Assembly: GCA_947573485.1 (NCBI GenBank)
Contig: CANPGB010000006.1
Coordinates: 50,585 to 114,584 of the forward strand
Direction: 5' to 3'
Length of the DNA stretch: 64,000 nucleotides
Origin: an uncultured Porphyromonadaceae bacterium
Lineage (GTDB): Bacteria > Bacteroidota > Bacteroidia > Bacteroidales > Muribaculaceae
In this document: positions 1-8,791 of the stretch, piece after piece
Numbering within the stretch: the first letter of the stretch is position 1
How the letters are laid out: each line of letters opens with the position of its first letter
Program-made: the position numbers and the translations under genes
Notes under the pieces: model-generated
Seen by the model: only the letters and a program-made list of their open reading frames with translations
The model's database searches: none
What the model was told of the DNA's origin: nothing

Positions 1-225
1 GCCAACGTCAAGCCCACAAGCTGGTTCGACGCAACCGTCAACTACGGTGCCTCGACCTACGGCAATTCTTTCGGCTGGATGATCAACTTCCACCCCAAAG
101 GCTTCAACTTCTTCATCGGTTCCGACCACCAGTTCTTCAAGGTAAATCCCCAATATATACCTGTAGGCAAGGCTTGCGCAAGCATTAACCTCGGTATAAA
201 CTTTACCTTCGGCGCCAAAAAGTAA
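1..225 (+). CDS. outer-membrane beta-barrel protein, C-terminal fragment (gene starts upstream of window)
   Basis: Frame 1 is open from nt 1 to TAA at 223-225. It is absent from the ORF track because no start codon lies in the window. The translation ...NSFGWMINFHPKGFNFFIGSDHQFFKV...ASINLGINFTFGAKK shows an alternating beta-strand pattern with aromatic residues near the C-terminus. Confidence 0.45.
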   Translation, partial: ANVKPTSWFDATVNYGASTYGNSFGWMINFHPKGFNFFIGSDHQFFKVNPQYIPVGKACASINLGINFTFGAKK

Positions 226-250
226 ATTTCATATTTAACGAAAAAATCGC

Positions 251-258
251 TAACTTTG
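251..258 (+). promoter_or_regulatory. Bacteroidota -7 promoter box (TAACTTTG) for fabG
   Basis: Matches the TAnnTTTG consensus, 31 nt upstream of the ATG at 289. Confidence 0.55.
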
Positions 259-288
259 CGCAGTTTTTTAAAAAGACACAACTTAACT

Positions 289-1035
289 ATGAAATTACTC
301 GAAGGAAAAACCGCCCTCATCACAGGCGCAGCGCGCGGCATCGGCAAGGCTCTTGCCCTCCGCTTCGCCCAGGAAGGCGCCAACATCGCTTTCACCGACC
401 TCGTTATCGACGAGAACGGCAAAGCCACCGAAGAAGAGATAGCAGCCCTCGGCGTGAAAGCCAAAGGTTATGCCTCCAATGCTGCCGACTATGCTCAGAC
501 AGAGACCGTCGTAGCTGAGGTTATGAAAGATTTCGGCCGTATCGATATCCTTGTGAACAACGCAGGTATCACTAAAGACGGTCTGATGATGCGCATGACC
601 GAACAGCAGTGGGATGCCGTTATCGCCGTAAACCTCAAGAGCGCTTTCAACTTCATCCACGCCGTTCTCCCTATCATGATGCGCCAGCGTTCGGGCTCGA
701 TCATCAACATGGCATCGGTTGTAGGTGTTCATGGCAATGCAGGCCAGTCGAACTACGCTGCCTCCAAGGCCGGTCTTATCGCCCTGGCAAAGAGCATCGC
801 CCAGGAAGTGGGTTCGCGCGGTATCCGTGCCAACGCTATCGCTCCCGGCTTTATCGAGACTGCCATGACCGCACAGCTCCCCGAAGCCGTGCGTGAGGAG
901 TGGACCAAGAAAATTCCTCTCCGCCGCGGCGGTAAGGTTGAGGACATCGCCAACGTGGCAACTTTCCTCGCCTCCGACCTCTCGAGCTACGTCACCGGCC
1001 AGGTTATCCAGGTCGACGGCGGCATGAACATGTAA
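289..1035 (+). CDS. fabG: 3-oxoacyl-[acyl-carrier-protein] reductase
   Basis: Classical SDR motifs: TGAARGIGKA (TGxxxGxG), NNAGI and YAASKAG (YxxxK). Length about 248 aa. Start moved to the internal ATG (MKLLEGKTALITG) downstream of the promoter box. Confidence 0.9.
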   Translation: MKLLEGKTALITGAARGIGKALALRFAQEGANIAFTDLVIDENGKATEEEIAALGVKAKGYASNAADYAQTETVVAEVMKDFGRIDILVNNAGITKDGLMMRMTEQQWDAVIAVNLKSAFNFIHAVLPIMMRQRSGSIINMASVVGVHGNAGQSNYAASKAGLIALAKSIAQEVGSRGIRANAIAPGFIETAMTAQLPEAVREEWTKKIPLRRGGKVEDIANVATFLASDLSSYVTGQVIQVDGGMNM

Positions 1036-1056
1036 TAGTTCCCGCTATATAAATAC

Positions 1057-1096
1057 TCAGGGGGCGCGCCGGATGGCACGCCCCCTGAAATTTTTT
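1057..1096 (+). terminator. rho-independent terminator between convergent fabG and alaX-like gene
   Basis: 10-bp perfect stem TCAGGGGGCG / CGCCCCCTGA (1057-1066, 1079-1088), 12-nt loop, followed by AATTTTTT. Confidence 0.65.
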
Positions 1097-1108
1097 ATGC
1101 AGGCAGTA

Positions 1109-1567
1109 TTATCCGAGTTTGAACACGAGGCGCTGAACGCCGTCCTGCCAGCGGCTGCTGGTGATGCGGAAAGCTCCTATCGCGCCGGTGCGCTGCACGT
1201 GGCTGCCTGCGCACAGGCATTGGTCGTAGTCACCTATGTGCACAACTCTCACCGTGTCGGAGGCGCCCTCGGGGAGGCGGCTCATATCAAAGCGCTCCAT
1301 GGCTTCGGCTTGCGTGATAAATTCTTCTGTCACTTCGACGTCTTCGGCCACTATCTTGTTTATGTAGTCTTCAAGCGATTTAATCTCACTGTCGGTGAGA
1401 GCTTGAGGCAGGTGATAGTCGAGCTTCGATTTCTTTCGCTCGATGTGGGCCGAGAAAGCGCGGCCATGCCCGTAGCGGCGCGCCATTTCGCCGTTGAGCA
1501 GATGTTCAGCGGTGTGCATGGGCGGATATTCCTGTTTGTTGTGCTCGTTGAGAACGGGTGCTTCCAT
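1109..1567 (-). CDS. AlaX-like alanyl-tRNA editing domain protein (tRNA_SAD family)
   Basis: Carries the HTAEH (HxxxH) and CAGSH (CxxxH) zinc motifs typical of the Ala/Thr-tRNA synthetase second additional domain. Start set at MEAPVLNEH (1567): the longer track ORF would overlap the upstream terminator, and a -7 box lies 24 nt upstream of 1567. Confidence 0.7.
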   Translation of the reverse strand: MEAPVLNEHNKQEYPPMHTAEHLLNGEMARRYGHGRAFSAHIERKKSKLDYHLPQALTDSEIKSLEDYINKIVAEDVEVTEEFITQAEAMERFDMSRLPEGASDTVRVVHIGDYDQCLCAGSHVQRTGAIGAFRITSSRWQDGVQRLVFKLG

Positions 1568-1590
1568 ATAATAAGAATTAGTTTTACAGG

Positions 1591-1598
1591 CAAAGATA
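1591..1598 (-). promoter_or_regulatory. -7 promoter box (TATCTTTG on minus strand) for alaX-like gene
   Basis: Plus-strand CAAAGATA is the reverse complement of TAnnTTTG, 24 nt upstream of the ATG at 1567. Confidence 0.5.
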
Positions 1599-1612
1599 AA
1601 CTTTTTTTGCCG

Positions 1613-1654
1613 GAAAACGAAAAGTGGCTGCGTCCCGGATTGGAACACAGCCAC
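1613..1654 (-). terminator. terminator downstream of asdA
   Basis: 7-bp stem GTGGCTG / CAGCCAC (1624-1630, 1648-1654), followed on the minus strand by TTTTCGTTTTCC. Confidence 0.5.
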
Positions 1655-1676
1655 CGTTCATTGCGTAGCAGAGGGC

Positions 1677-3317
1677 TTATTTCTTAGACGCCAGATAAGC
1701 CTGGTGATATTCATCGAGCACGGCGCGTATTTGTTTGCCGATAGTCACATAGTCCTCGCGGTTGAGGTTGGCTTCGGAGGTGCGTATCGACCAGTCGGGG
1801 CCATCGAAGCCGGAGCCGTTGAGCACCACGATGCCTTTTTCGGCGGCGAGACGCATGGTGACGTCAAGCGGGTTATGAGCCTTGGCAAGCCACTGGGCGA
1901 AGTCGTCGCCGTAGAACTTCTTGGCCCACACCATCATGTCTATTTCAGAGTAGTAACCCACACGGAGCGAGTCGGGCACCATTTTGAAGCCGGTGTTTTC
2001 CCAGAGCGCCGAGAGGCGGTCGTGAATCATGGCATGCATCTTCTTCTTATATACGTCGTCGGTGTCGAGGAGGCATTTGAGGGCGAACATGCTCATCATT
2101 ATCTGCTGCGGGGTAGAGAGGCCTGCGGTGTGGTTGAGGGCAACATCGCGGCTGTCGGCTACCATGCGGTCGATGAATTTGAGAGAATCGACATCGAGTG
2201 TAAGCGAGCCGTAGCGGCGGGCGAGGTCGGCTTTCTCGTCGGCGGGAAGTGCGGCGATAAGCTTGTCGAAGAGGTTCTCTTTGGCTGCGGCAATCACCCC
2301 TAAGCGCCAGCCGGTGGCACCGAAGTACTTCGAGAAGGAGTAGACGCACAGTGTGTTATACGGGAGCACATACATGAGCGAACGGAAGTCGTCGGCGAAG
2401 GTGCCGTAAACATCATCGGTAACCACAATTAGGTTGGGGTTGTCTTTCTTCACGATGTCGACGAAGCGGTCGAGGTTATCGTCGGAAAGACGGTACGACG
2501 GCGGGTTCGAAGGGTTGATGAGGCACACGAGTTTCACAGCCGGGTCGCGGAGTTTGTCGAGTTCCGAGTCGGGGTAGGTCCAGTCGTGGTAGCCGTCTTC
2601 GTCAACGGGGTTGGCGCTCACTGTCACTACATCGAAGCTGAAGCGGTCGAGCTGAGGAATCTCGATATAGGGTGTGAAAAGAGGAGCCATAAGGGCAATC
2701 TTGTCGCCTTTCTTCACAAGGTGGTTTTCCTGCAGAGAGTCGAATACGTAGCACATGCCGGCGGTGCCACCCTCCACGGCAAAGAGGTCGTATTCCTTGC
2801 CGCAACCGGCATCGCGCTTACCCATTTCCTGAGCGAGATAGGGGCGGATAATATCCTGAGTGTATTGGAGTATGCGGGGAGGGGTGGGGTAGTGGTCACC
2901 TGTGATGCCGTCGGCCCACTCCCATACCAGGGCGTCGGCATCGGCACCGAGATTCTCCACCGCGTATTTAAGGCCGCGGGTAAGAAGAGCCTTGCCGTCG
3001 CTGTCGGGCTGCTTGGCAAGATAGTCGGTGAATCGGGTTGCGATACCTATGTGAGAGGGGCAACCGGCGATTCCCGGAGTGTCGGTGTGCACGCGCTTGC
3101 TTTCCTCAACGGCAAAGCTGCCGAGCATGAAGAAGGCTTCGCGGGCGTCAGAGGCTGTCCAGTTGGGGTTGCCACGACCTGCGTTGAGGTAGGTCGCCGA
3201 CGACTCGCGGGCGTCTTTCTGAGCCAGGGCTATAAGCTCGTTCTTGATTTCAAACGGGCTCATCTGATTGAGTTTCTCTTCGTAGGAGCGGGAGAGAGGG
3301 TTGTTGGTATTATCCAT
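1677..3317 (-). CDS. asdA: aspartate 4-decarboxylase (PLP-dependent, bifunctional aspartate aminotransferase/decarboxylase type)
   Basis: 546 aa, the characteristic size. The N-terminus ...SPFEIKNELIALA...ATYLNAGRGNPNW... and the SFSKYFGATGWRLG PLP-lysine region are aminotransferase class I-like. Sits directly downstream of an AAE-family exchanger. Confidence 0.8.
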   Translation of the reverse strand: MDNTNNPLSRSYEEKLNQMSPFEIKNELIALAQKDARESSATYLNAGRGNPNWTASDAREAFFMLGSFAVEESKRVHTDTPGIAGCPSHIGIATRFTDYLAKQPDSDGKALLTRGLKYAVENLGADADALVWEWADGITGDHYPTPPRILQYTQDIIRPYLAQEMGKRDAGCGKEYDLFAVEGGTAGMCYVFDSLQENHLVKKGDKIALMAPLFTPYIEIPQLDRFSFDVVTVSANPVDEDGYHDWTYPDSELDKLRDPAVKLVCLINPSNPPSYRLSDDNLDRFVDIVKKDNPNLIVVTDDVYGTFADDFRSLMYVLPYNTLCVYSFSKYFGATGWRLGVIAAAKENLFDKLIAALPADEKADLARRYGSLTLDVDSLKFIDRMVADSRDVALNHTAGLSTPQQIMMSMFALKCLLDTDDVYKKKMHAMIHDRLSALWENTGFKMVPDSLRVGYYSEIDMMVWAKKFYGDDFAQWLAKAHNPLDVTMRLAAEKGIVVLNGSGFDGPDWSIRTSEANLNREDYVTIGKQIRAVLDEYHQAYLASKK

Positions 3318-3341
3318 AAATATACTTGATTAGAGGGGTTT

Positions 3342-5045
3342 TTATGCACATATGAGGGTTATTGCCACGCCCATAAGGATGAGCAGCGTGTTGCCTATGG
3401 CGTAGGTTATGGTGTAGCCGAGGGCGGGTATCGAAGAACCTATCGTATCCTGGATGGCGCCGAGCGATGCTGTGGTCACGCGCGAGCCTGCCACACAGCC
3501 AAGGTTGATGGCAGCCGGGAATTTGAACACCTTGTCGCCTAAGAAGATACCTATTATAAGGGGTAGGGTGGTGGCTATGATACCGGCTACGAAGAGCATC
3601 CAACCGGCTTCCTTGATACCACTTACAAAGGTAGGAGCTGCGGTAATGCCGATAACGGCGATAAACATATTGAGGCCGAGGTTATTCATGAGCCATACCG
3701 AGGAGTCGGGGATAGCGCCGAAGGTCGGGTGCTTGGAGCGGAGCCAACCGAGTATGAGGCCTGCGATAAGCGCGCCGCCCGAGGTGCTTAGGCTGATGGG
3801 AATACCGCCAAGGTGAATTGTGATTGCGCCGATAAGTGCGCCGATGAATATGCCGAGGCCAACAAAGACCATGTCGGTGCTTTTCGAGGGGCGGTCAGGA
3901 TAACCGATAGCTGCTGCTGCAGTGTCCACCTCGCGTTTGAGGCCGGCTACCGTTACAAGGTCACCGCGGTTGAGGGCTGTCTTGGCAAGGACGGGAATCT
4001 GATGGCCGCCACGTGTTACCGATGCTATGGCAACCCCGTTCATCTCGGGCATTGCACGGAGGTCCGCTATAGTGATGCCGTCGCATTTCTTGCTTGCAAC
4101 CATCACGGGTATTTTCTCGACTGCGAAGGAGAGGAGTTCTGTGTCAGCCACTTCGGGACCGAGCCACGACTCATCTTCAATCACAAACTCGCGGCGTCCG
4201 CTGAGCACAATGGTGTCGGCCTTTGCAATCTGCAGGTCGTCGGCCGGGCTGTCGACAACGTTGCCGTTCTGGCGTATGCGCTCAACAAAGGCACGACGCC
4301 CCTGTTTCTCAATCTCCGCCTCAATTTCGGCAATGGTCTTGGGCGTGTTGAAGAAGTCGCCGTCGACCTTATATGCCCTGAATACCACGGGGCGCAGAGC
4401 ATTGATGTATGCGGGGTCGGTGGTTACAGAGTTGTCGCTCATCTGTTTTTCGAGTTCGGCTGTCTGCTGCTTCACTTTCTTGATGCCGCCGAGCATGGCC
4501 GGGCCAATGATACTGAGAATATATGCCGAGCCTATTGTACCGAAAATATATGTCACGGCGTAGCATACGGGCACGAGCTCAGTCCACGCTTTCTTATCGG
4601 CTGCCGAGGCTGCCAGAGTGCTGATGGTATCATCGCCAACGCCTATTACGGCCGATATTGTCTGAGCTCCGGCAAACAGACCGGCGGCCTCACCGGCGTT
4701 ATAACCGAAGAGGAGCGCAACACCGACTGTGACGGCGAAGCACACCACGCACATCACCACTGCAAAGATTACCTGCTTGATGCCTGTGCCTTTCATGGCC
4801 TGGAAAAACTGCGGGCCCACACTGTAGCCAATGGCAAAGAGGAAGAGGAGGAAGAACACCGACTTGATAGGGCCGGGGATAGGTATATTCAGCTGACCCA
4901 CAAGAACGCCCACGAGGAGCACTGAGGTAACGGTGCCGAGAGAAAAAGATTTGTACTTAAATTTTCCGAGCCAGAAACCCAGACCGAGAGTGAGGAAAAT
5001 CGGTATCGACGGGTTTTCGCGGAAGATGTCAATTAGCCATTCCAT
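3342..5045 (-). CDS. aspT: aspartate:alanine exchanger family (AAE) transporter with two internal TrkA_C-like domains
   Basis: The N-terminus MEWLIDIFRENPSIPIFLTLGLGFWLGKFK... and a duplicated membrane domain flanking a soluble middle region are typical of AspT/YidE/YbjL. The stop lies 24 nt upstream of the asdA start. Start moved to the ATG at 5045; the 40-aa track extension has no hydrophobic or homologous character. Confidence 0.75.
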   Translation of the reverse strand: MEWLIDIFRENPSIPIFLTLGLGFWLGKFKYKSFSLGTVTSVLLVGVLVGQLNIPIPGPIKSVFFLLFLFAIGYSVGPQFFQAMKGTGIKQVIFAVVMCVVCFAVTVGVALLFGYNAGEAAGLFAGAQTISAVIGVGDDTISTLAASAADKKAWTELVPVCYAVTYIFGTIGSAYILSIIGPAMLGGIKKVKQQTAELEKQMSDNSVTTDPAYINALRPVVFRAYKVDGDFFNTPKTIAEIEAEIEKQGRRAFVERIRQNGNVVDSPADDLQIAKADTIVLSGRREFVIEDESWLGPEVADTELLSFAVEKIPVMVASKKCDGITIADLRAMPEMNGVAIASVTRGGHQIPVLAKTALNRGDLVTVAGLKREVDTAAAAIGYPDRPSKSTDMVFVGLGIFIGALIGAITIHLGGIPISLSTSGGALIAGLILGWLRSKHPTFGAIPDSSVWLMNNLGLNMFIAVIGITAAPTFVSGIKEAGWMLFVAGIIATTLPLIIGIFLGDKVFKFPAAINLGCVAGSRVTTASLGAIQDTIGSSIPALGYTITYAIGNTLLILMGVAITLICA

Positions 5046-5192
5046 AAAAATAAACAGTAAAGCGTGAATAGAAAGTATGAGAGGCGTGCGGCATTGCAGC
5101 ACAGCTAATAATGTAACACCCGGAGGAGCGCTTGGTTCAGCGGCAACGGTTAATAGCGGCTGCAAAAATTTCGTGTTTAGCCAAAAAATTGC

Positions 5193-5200
5193 TAAATTTG
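5193..5200 (+). promoter_or_regulatory. -7 promoter box (TAAATTTG) for parC
   Basis: TAnnTTTG, 27 nt upstream of the ATG at 5227. Confidence 0.55.
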
Positions 5201-5226
5201 TAGCATCAAGCCTTAAACAGCCAAAG

Positions 5227-7941
5227 ATGAGCGATAATAACGACGAAATATATAACGATGAGACCGCAGTGCCGGTGGAGCCCTCCGCCGAAAGCGAGCC
5301 TCAACCCTCAGAGCGCCCGCGCCCTTACACAAATGCCTCTGATGTGCAGCGCCACAATCTGCGCGGCATGTACCAGACATGGTTCCTTGAGTACGCTTCA
5401 TATGTGATTCTCGAGCGCGCCGTGCCGCATATCGACGACGGCCTCAAACCTGTGCAGCGACGTATTCTGCACGCCATGAAGACTATCGATGACGAGCGCT
5501 TCAACAAGGTTGCCAATATCGTGGGTACGGCCATGCAGTACCACCCGCACGGCGACGCTTCTATTAAAGATGCGCTCGTGCAGCTCGGCCAGAAAGAGCT
5601 CCTCGTGGAGACGCAGGGTAACTGGGGCAACGTCCTCACAGGCAGTGCCGCAGCGGCAGCCCGTTATATAGAGGCTCGCCTTTCGCCTTTCGCTTCGGAG
5701 GTGCTCTTCAACCCCAAGGTCACTGAGTGGACCATGAGTTACGACGGCCGCAAGCGCGAGCCGGTCACGCTCCCCACAAAATTCCCCGTGCTCCTCGCAC
5801 AGGGAGCCGAGGGTATCGCAGTAGGTCTTTCGTCGAAAATCCTGCCGCATAACTTCAACGAGATTCTCGATGCCGCCATAGCATGCGTGCGCGGCGATGA
5901 CTTCGAGCTTTATCCCGACTTCATGACAGGCGGCATGATAGACATCAGCCGCTATAACGACGGCAAGCGCGGTGGTGCCGTGAAGGTGCGCGCGAAAATC
6001 GAGAAGATAGACTCGCGCACACTCAATGTCACCGAGCTTCCCTTCGGCAAGACGTCTGCCGGACTCATCGACTCTATCCTAAAGGCTTTCGAACGCGGGC
6101 AGATAAAAATCCGCAAGGTGGAGGATAACACCGCCGCCGAGGCTTCGGTGCTCATCCACCTCATCCCCGGCACGTCGAGCGACAAGACCATCGATGCTCT
6201 CTACGCCTTCACCGACTGCGAGGTGAATATCTCGCCCAACTGCTGCGTGATACGCGACGACAAACCGTGCTTCCTCGGCGTGAGCGATGTGCTGCGCCAC
6301 AGCGTCGACACCACCCGCCGCATAATAGCATCTGAAATAGAAGTGGCCCTCGGCGAAGACCGCGAGAAACTCCTCTATGCCACCCTCGAGAAAATATTCA
6401 TCGAGAACCGCATATACAAGGATGCCGAGTACGAAGAGGCTCCGCACCTCGACGCCGCCGTGGCTCACATCGACAAGCGTCTCGAGCCTTTCAAACCGTC
6501 GTTTGTGCGTGAAATTACCCGCGACGATATTCTCCGCCTCCTTGAGATAAAGATGAAGCGTATACTCCGCTTCAACTCCGACGAGGCCAATGCCGCCATT
6601 GCAGCCCTGCAGAAACGTATTTCCGACAATATCGACCGCCTCGAGCACCTCGACGACGTGACCGTGGAGTGGTACGAATATCTTAAGAAAAAATACGGAG
6701 CCGCATATCCGCGCCGCACACAGATACGAGGCTTCGACAATATACAGGCATCGACCGTGGCCGAGGCCAACGAGAAGCTGTACATCAACCGCGAGGAAGG
6801 CTTTATAGGCACCGCCCTCAAAAAAGACGAGTTCGTGTGCAACTGCTCGTCGCTCGACGACATCATCATATTCTACCGCGACGGCCGCTACAAGATTGTA
6901 CGCGTGCAGGAGAAACTCTCTGTGGGCAAGGATGTGCTGTTTGTGAATGTGTACAAGCGCAACGACACGCGCACAATATACAACGTAATCTACCAGAACG
7001 GGCGCGGCGGCGTTTACTACATGAAACGCTTTGCCGCCACCGGCATGACCCGCGACAAGGAGTACACCCTCACCTCCAATCTCCTGCCCAAATCGCGCAT
7101 AACATGGTTCTCGTCAAACCCCAACGGCGAGGCCGAGATTGTCAAGGTTACGCTCAAACCCAAGCTCAGACTTAAAAATCTGAGTTTCGATGTCGATTTC
7201 TCGAAACTCGCCATAAAAGGCCGCGCAGCCCAGGGTAATCTCGTGACAAAGAACGATGTGGCGAGATTCTCTCTCAAGGAGCGGGGACAGTCGACTCTCG
7301 GCGGACGCAAGGTGTGGTTCGACTACGATGTGATGCGCCTGAACTATGACGGCAGAGGCGAGTATCTCGGCGAGTTCGCGGGCTCTGACCGCGTGCTTGT
7401 TGTGCTTGACTCCGGCGAGTTCTACACCACAGGGTTCGAGGTTACCAACCACTACGACGACAAGGTGCTGAAGCTCGAGAAGTTCCGCCCCAAGACGGTG
7501 TGGACTGCCGTGCTCGACGATGCTGACCAGGGTTATCCTTACATCAAGCGTTTCACTTTCGAGGACTCGGCCAAACGTCAGCGCTTCGTCGGCGACGACG
7601 CACGCTCGCGCCTCCGTCTGCTTTCCGACCACGAGGCCCCGATGGTAGAACTGCGTTTTGCCGACGAAAACCGTCCGGCTCTCGTTATCGATGCCGAGGA
7701 GTATATAGGTGTGAAGTCGTTCAAGGCCCGCGGAAAGCGCCTCACCACTTACCCCCTTGCCGAGATTGTTGAACTTGAACCCAAGCGCCCCGACGCCGAA
7801 GAGATTGAGGCCGAGGAAGAAAGCACCGTGAGCGAGATTGCCGAGGATGCCGATGAAACTGCAGATACCGACGCCGGCGCTCCCGTCTCGCAGGGTAGCC
7901 TTTTCGATTCAGAAGATAATGAAGAAAACGCCGCTGAATAG
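5227..7941 (+). CDS. parC: DNA topoisomerase IV subunit A
   Basis: YQTWFLEYASYVILERAVPHIDDGLKPVQRRILHAM and the QYHPHGD motif mark type IIA topoisomerase A subunits. The size of about 900 aa and acidic C-terminal tail fit Bacteroidota ParC. Start set at MSDNNDE downstream of the promoter box. Confidence 0.85.
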   Translation: MSDNNDEIYNDETAVPVEPSAESEPQPSERPRPYTNASDVQRHNLRGMYQTWFLEYASYVILERAVPHIDDGLKPVQRRILHAMKTIDDERFNKVANIVGTAMQYHPHGDASIKDALVQLGQKELLVETQGNWGNVLTGSAAAAARYIEARLSPFASEVLFNPKVTEWTMSYDGRKREPVTLPTKFPVLLAQGAEGIAVGLSSKILPHNFNEILDAAIACVRGDDFELYPDFMTGGMIDISRYNDGKRGGAVKVRAKIEKIDSRTLNVTELPFGKTSAGLIDSILKAFERGQIKIRKVEDNTAAEASVLIHLIPGTSSDKTIDALYAFTDCEVNISPNCCVIRDDKPCFLGVSDVLRHSVDTTRRIIASEIEVALGEDREKLLYATLEKIFIENRIYKDAEYEEAPHLDAAVAHIDKRLEPFKPSFVREITRDDILRLLEIKMKRILRFNSDEANAAIAALQKRISDNIDRLEHLDDVTVEWYEYLKKKYGAAYPRRTQIRGFDNIQASTVAEANEKLYINREEGFIGTALKKDEFVCNCSSLDDIIIFYRDGRYKIVRVQEKLSVGKDVLFVNVYKRNDTRTIYNVIYQNGRGGVYYMKRFAATGMTRDKEYTLTSNLLPKSRITWFSSNPNGEAEIVKVTLKPKLRLKNLSFDVDFSKLAIKGRAAQGNLVTKNDVARFSLKERGQSTLGGRKVWFDYDVMRLNYDGRGEYLGEFAGSDRVLVVLDSGEFYTTGFEVTNHYDDKVLKLEKFRPKTVWTAVLDDADQGYPYIKRFTFEDSAKRQRFVGDDARSRLRLLSDHEAPMVELRFADENRPALVIDAEEYIGVKSFKARGKRLTTYPLAEIVELEPKRPDAEEIEAEEESTVSEIAEDADETADTDAGAPVSQGSLFDSEDNEENAAE

Positions 7942-8791
7942 ATTTGTGGCGCTCGTGGCCGCTGCGGGCATGGCTCTGTCGGCCTTTGCCGCCGACTCCG
8001 GTGCAGAAGAGGCTCCTCTTCGCCCGGTGTTGTCGGCCTATACATTGGAGGCCGGAGGAGCATCGTGTACGGAGACTTATCTTAGCCCCCTGCACTACAG
8101 TGGCGTGGCATTCGCCCTCACTTATGAGCGCATGCAATCAATGCGTTTCAATCCTGAAAAATGGGTTATGCGTCTCGATGGCCGTCTCTCTTTCGACCGC
8201 ACCACCAACCCTGCGGGCAACGCAAGCATGTGGGGGCTCGACCTCGACCTCGGGTGGGCTATGACATACCGTCTGCGTCTGCCGCATAGCCTCACCTTGC
8301 TCGCCGGAGGTGCCACGGGTATCAAAGGCGGTGCGTCGTACAGCGCGCGCAACAGCAACAACCCCGTCGCTGCCAAGGCGGCGTGGACTATCGATGCCAC
8401 TGCCTCATTGATATACAATACCCGCATAGGCCGTGTGCCGCTGTGCCTGCGCTATCAGGCCGAGCTGCCTCTCACGGGCATTTTCTTCTGCCCTGAGTAT
8501 GGCGAGCTTTATTATGAGATATACCTCGGCAACCGCCGCGGCCTTGTGCACGGGGCGTGGCCGGGTAACTACTTCAGGCTCGACAATCTGCTTACTGCCG
8601 ACTTCCGCTTCGGCGGAACGATACTCCGCGTAGGCTACCGCTGCGATGTATTCTCATCGAAGACCAATAACATTGTTACACGCGATATAACGCACACTGC
8701 TGTGCTCGGCCTCGTGTCGGAATGGATTTCGCTTGGCAGCCGCAGCCGCACGGCTCTCGCCGACGCAAAAATAATCAGTGCCCTCTATTGA
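7919..8791 (+). CDS. hypothetical secreted / outer-membrane protein
   Basis: Signal peptide MKKTPLNRFVALVAAAGMALSAFA. The rest has a beta-rich Gly/Tyr/Arg pattern. The start overlaps the parC end by 23 nt. It may belong to a Bacteroidota DUF family, which I cannot verify. Confidence 0.55.
   Translation: MKKTPLNRFVALVAAAGMALSAFAADSGAEEAPLRPVLSAYTLEAGGASCTETYLSPLHYSGVAFALTYERMQSMRFNPEKWVMRLDGRLSFDRTTNPAGNASMWGLDLDLGWAMTYRLRLPHSLTLLAGGATGIKGGASYSARNSNNPVAAKAAWTIDATASLIYNTRIGRVPLCLRYQAELPLTGIFFCPEYGELYYEIYLGNRRGLVHGAWPGNYFRLDNLLTADFRFGGTILRVGYRCDVFSSKTNNIVTRDITHTAVLGLVSEWISLGSRSRTALADAKIISALY

Noticed and set aside
5046-5165. N-terminal extensions of track ORFs: aspT to 5165, parC from 5077, fabG from 256, alaX-like to 1654, tamB to 27933, trpS to 38129, ligA to 40173, feoAB to 48585, DUF5119 to 51024, DUF3667 from 60953, HTH to 63054.
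   Set aside because: The extensions run through -7 promoter boxes, terminator hairpins or the neighbouring gene, and lack signal-peptide or homologous character. Internal ATGs give canonical N-termini and sensible spacing from promoter boxes.
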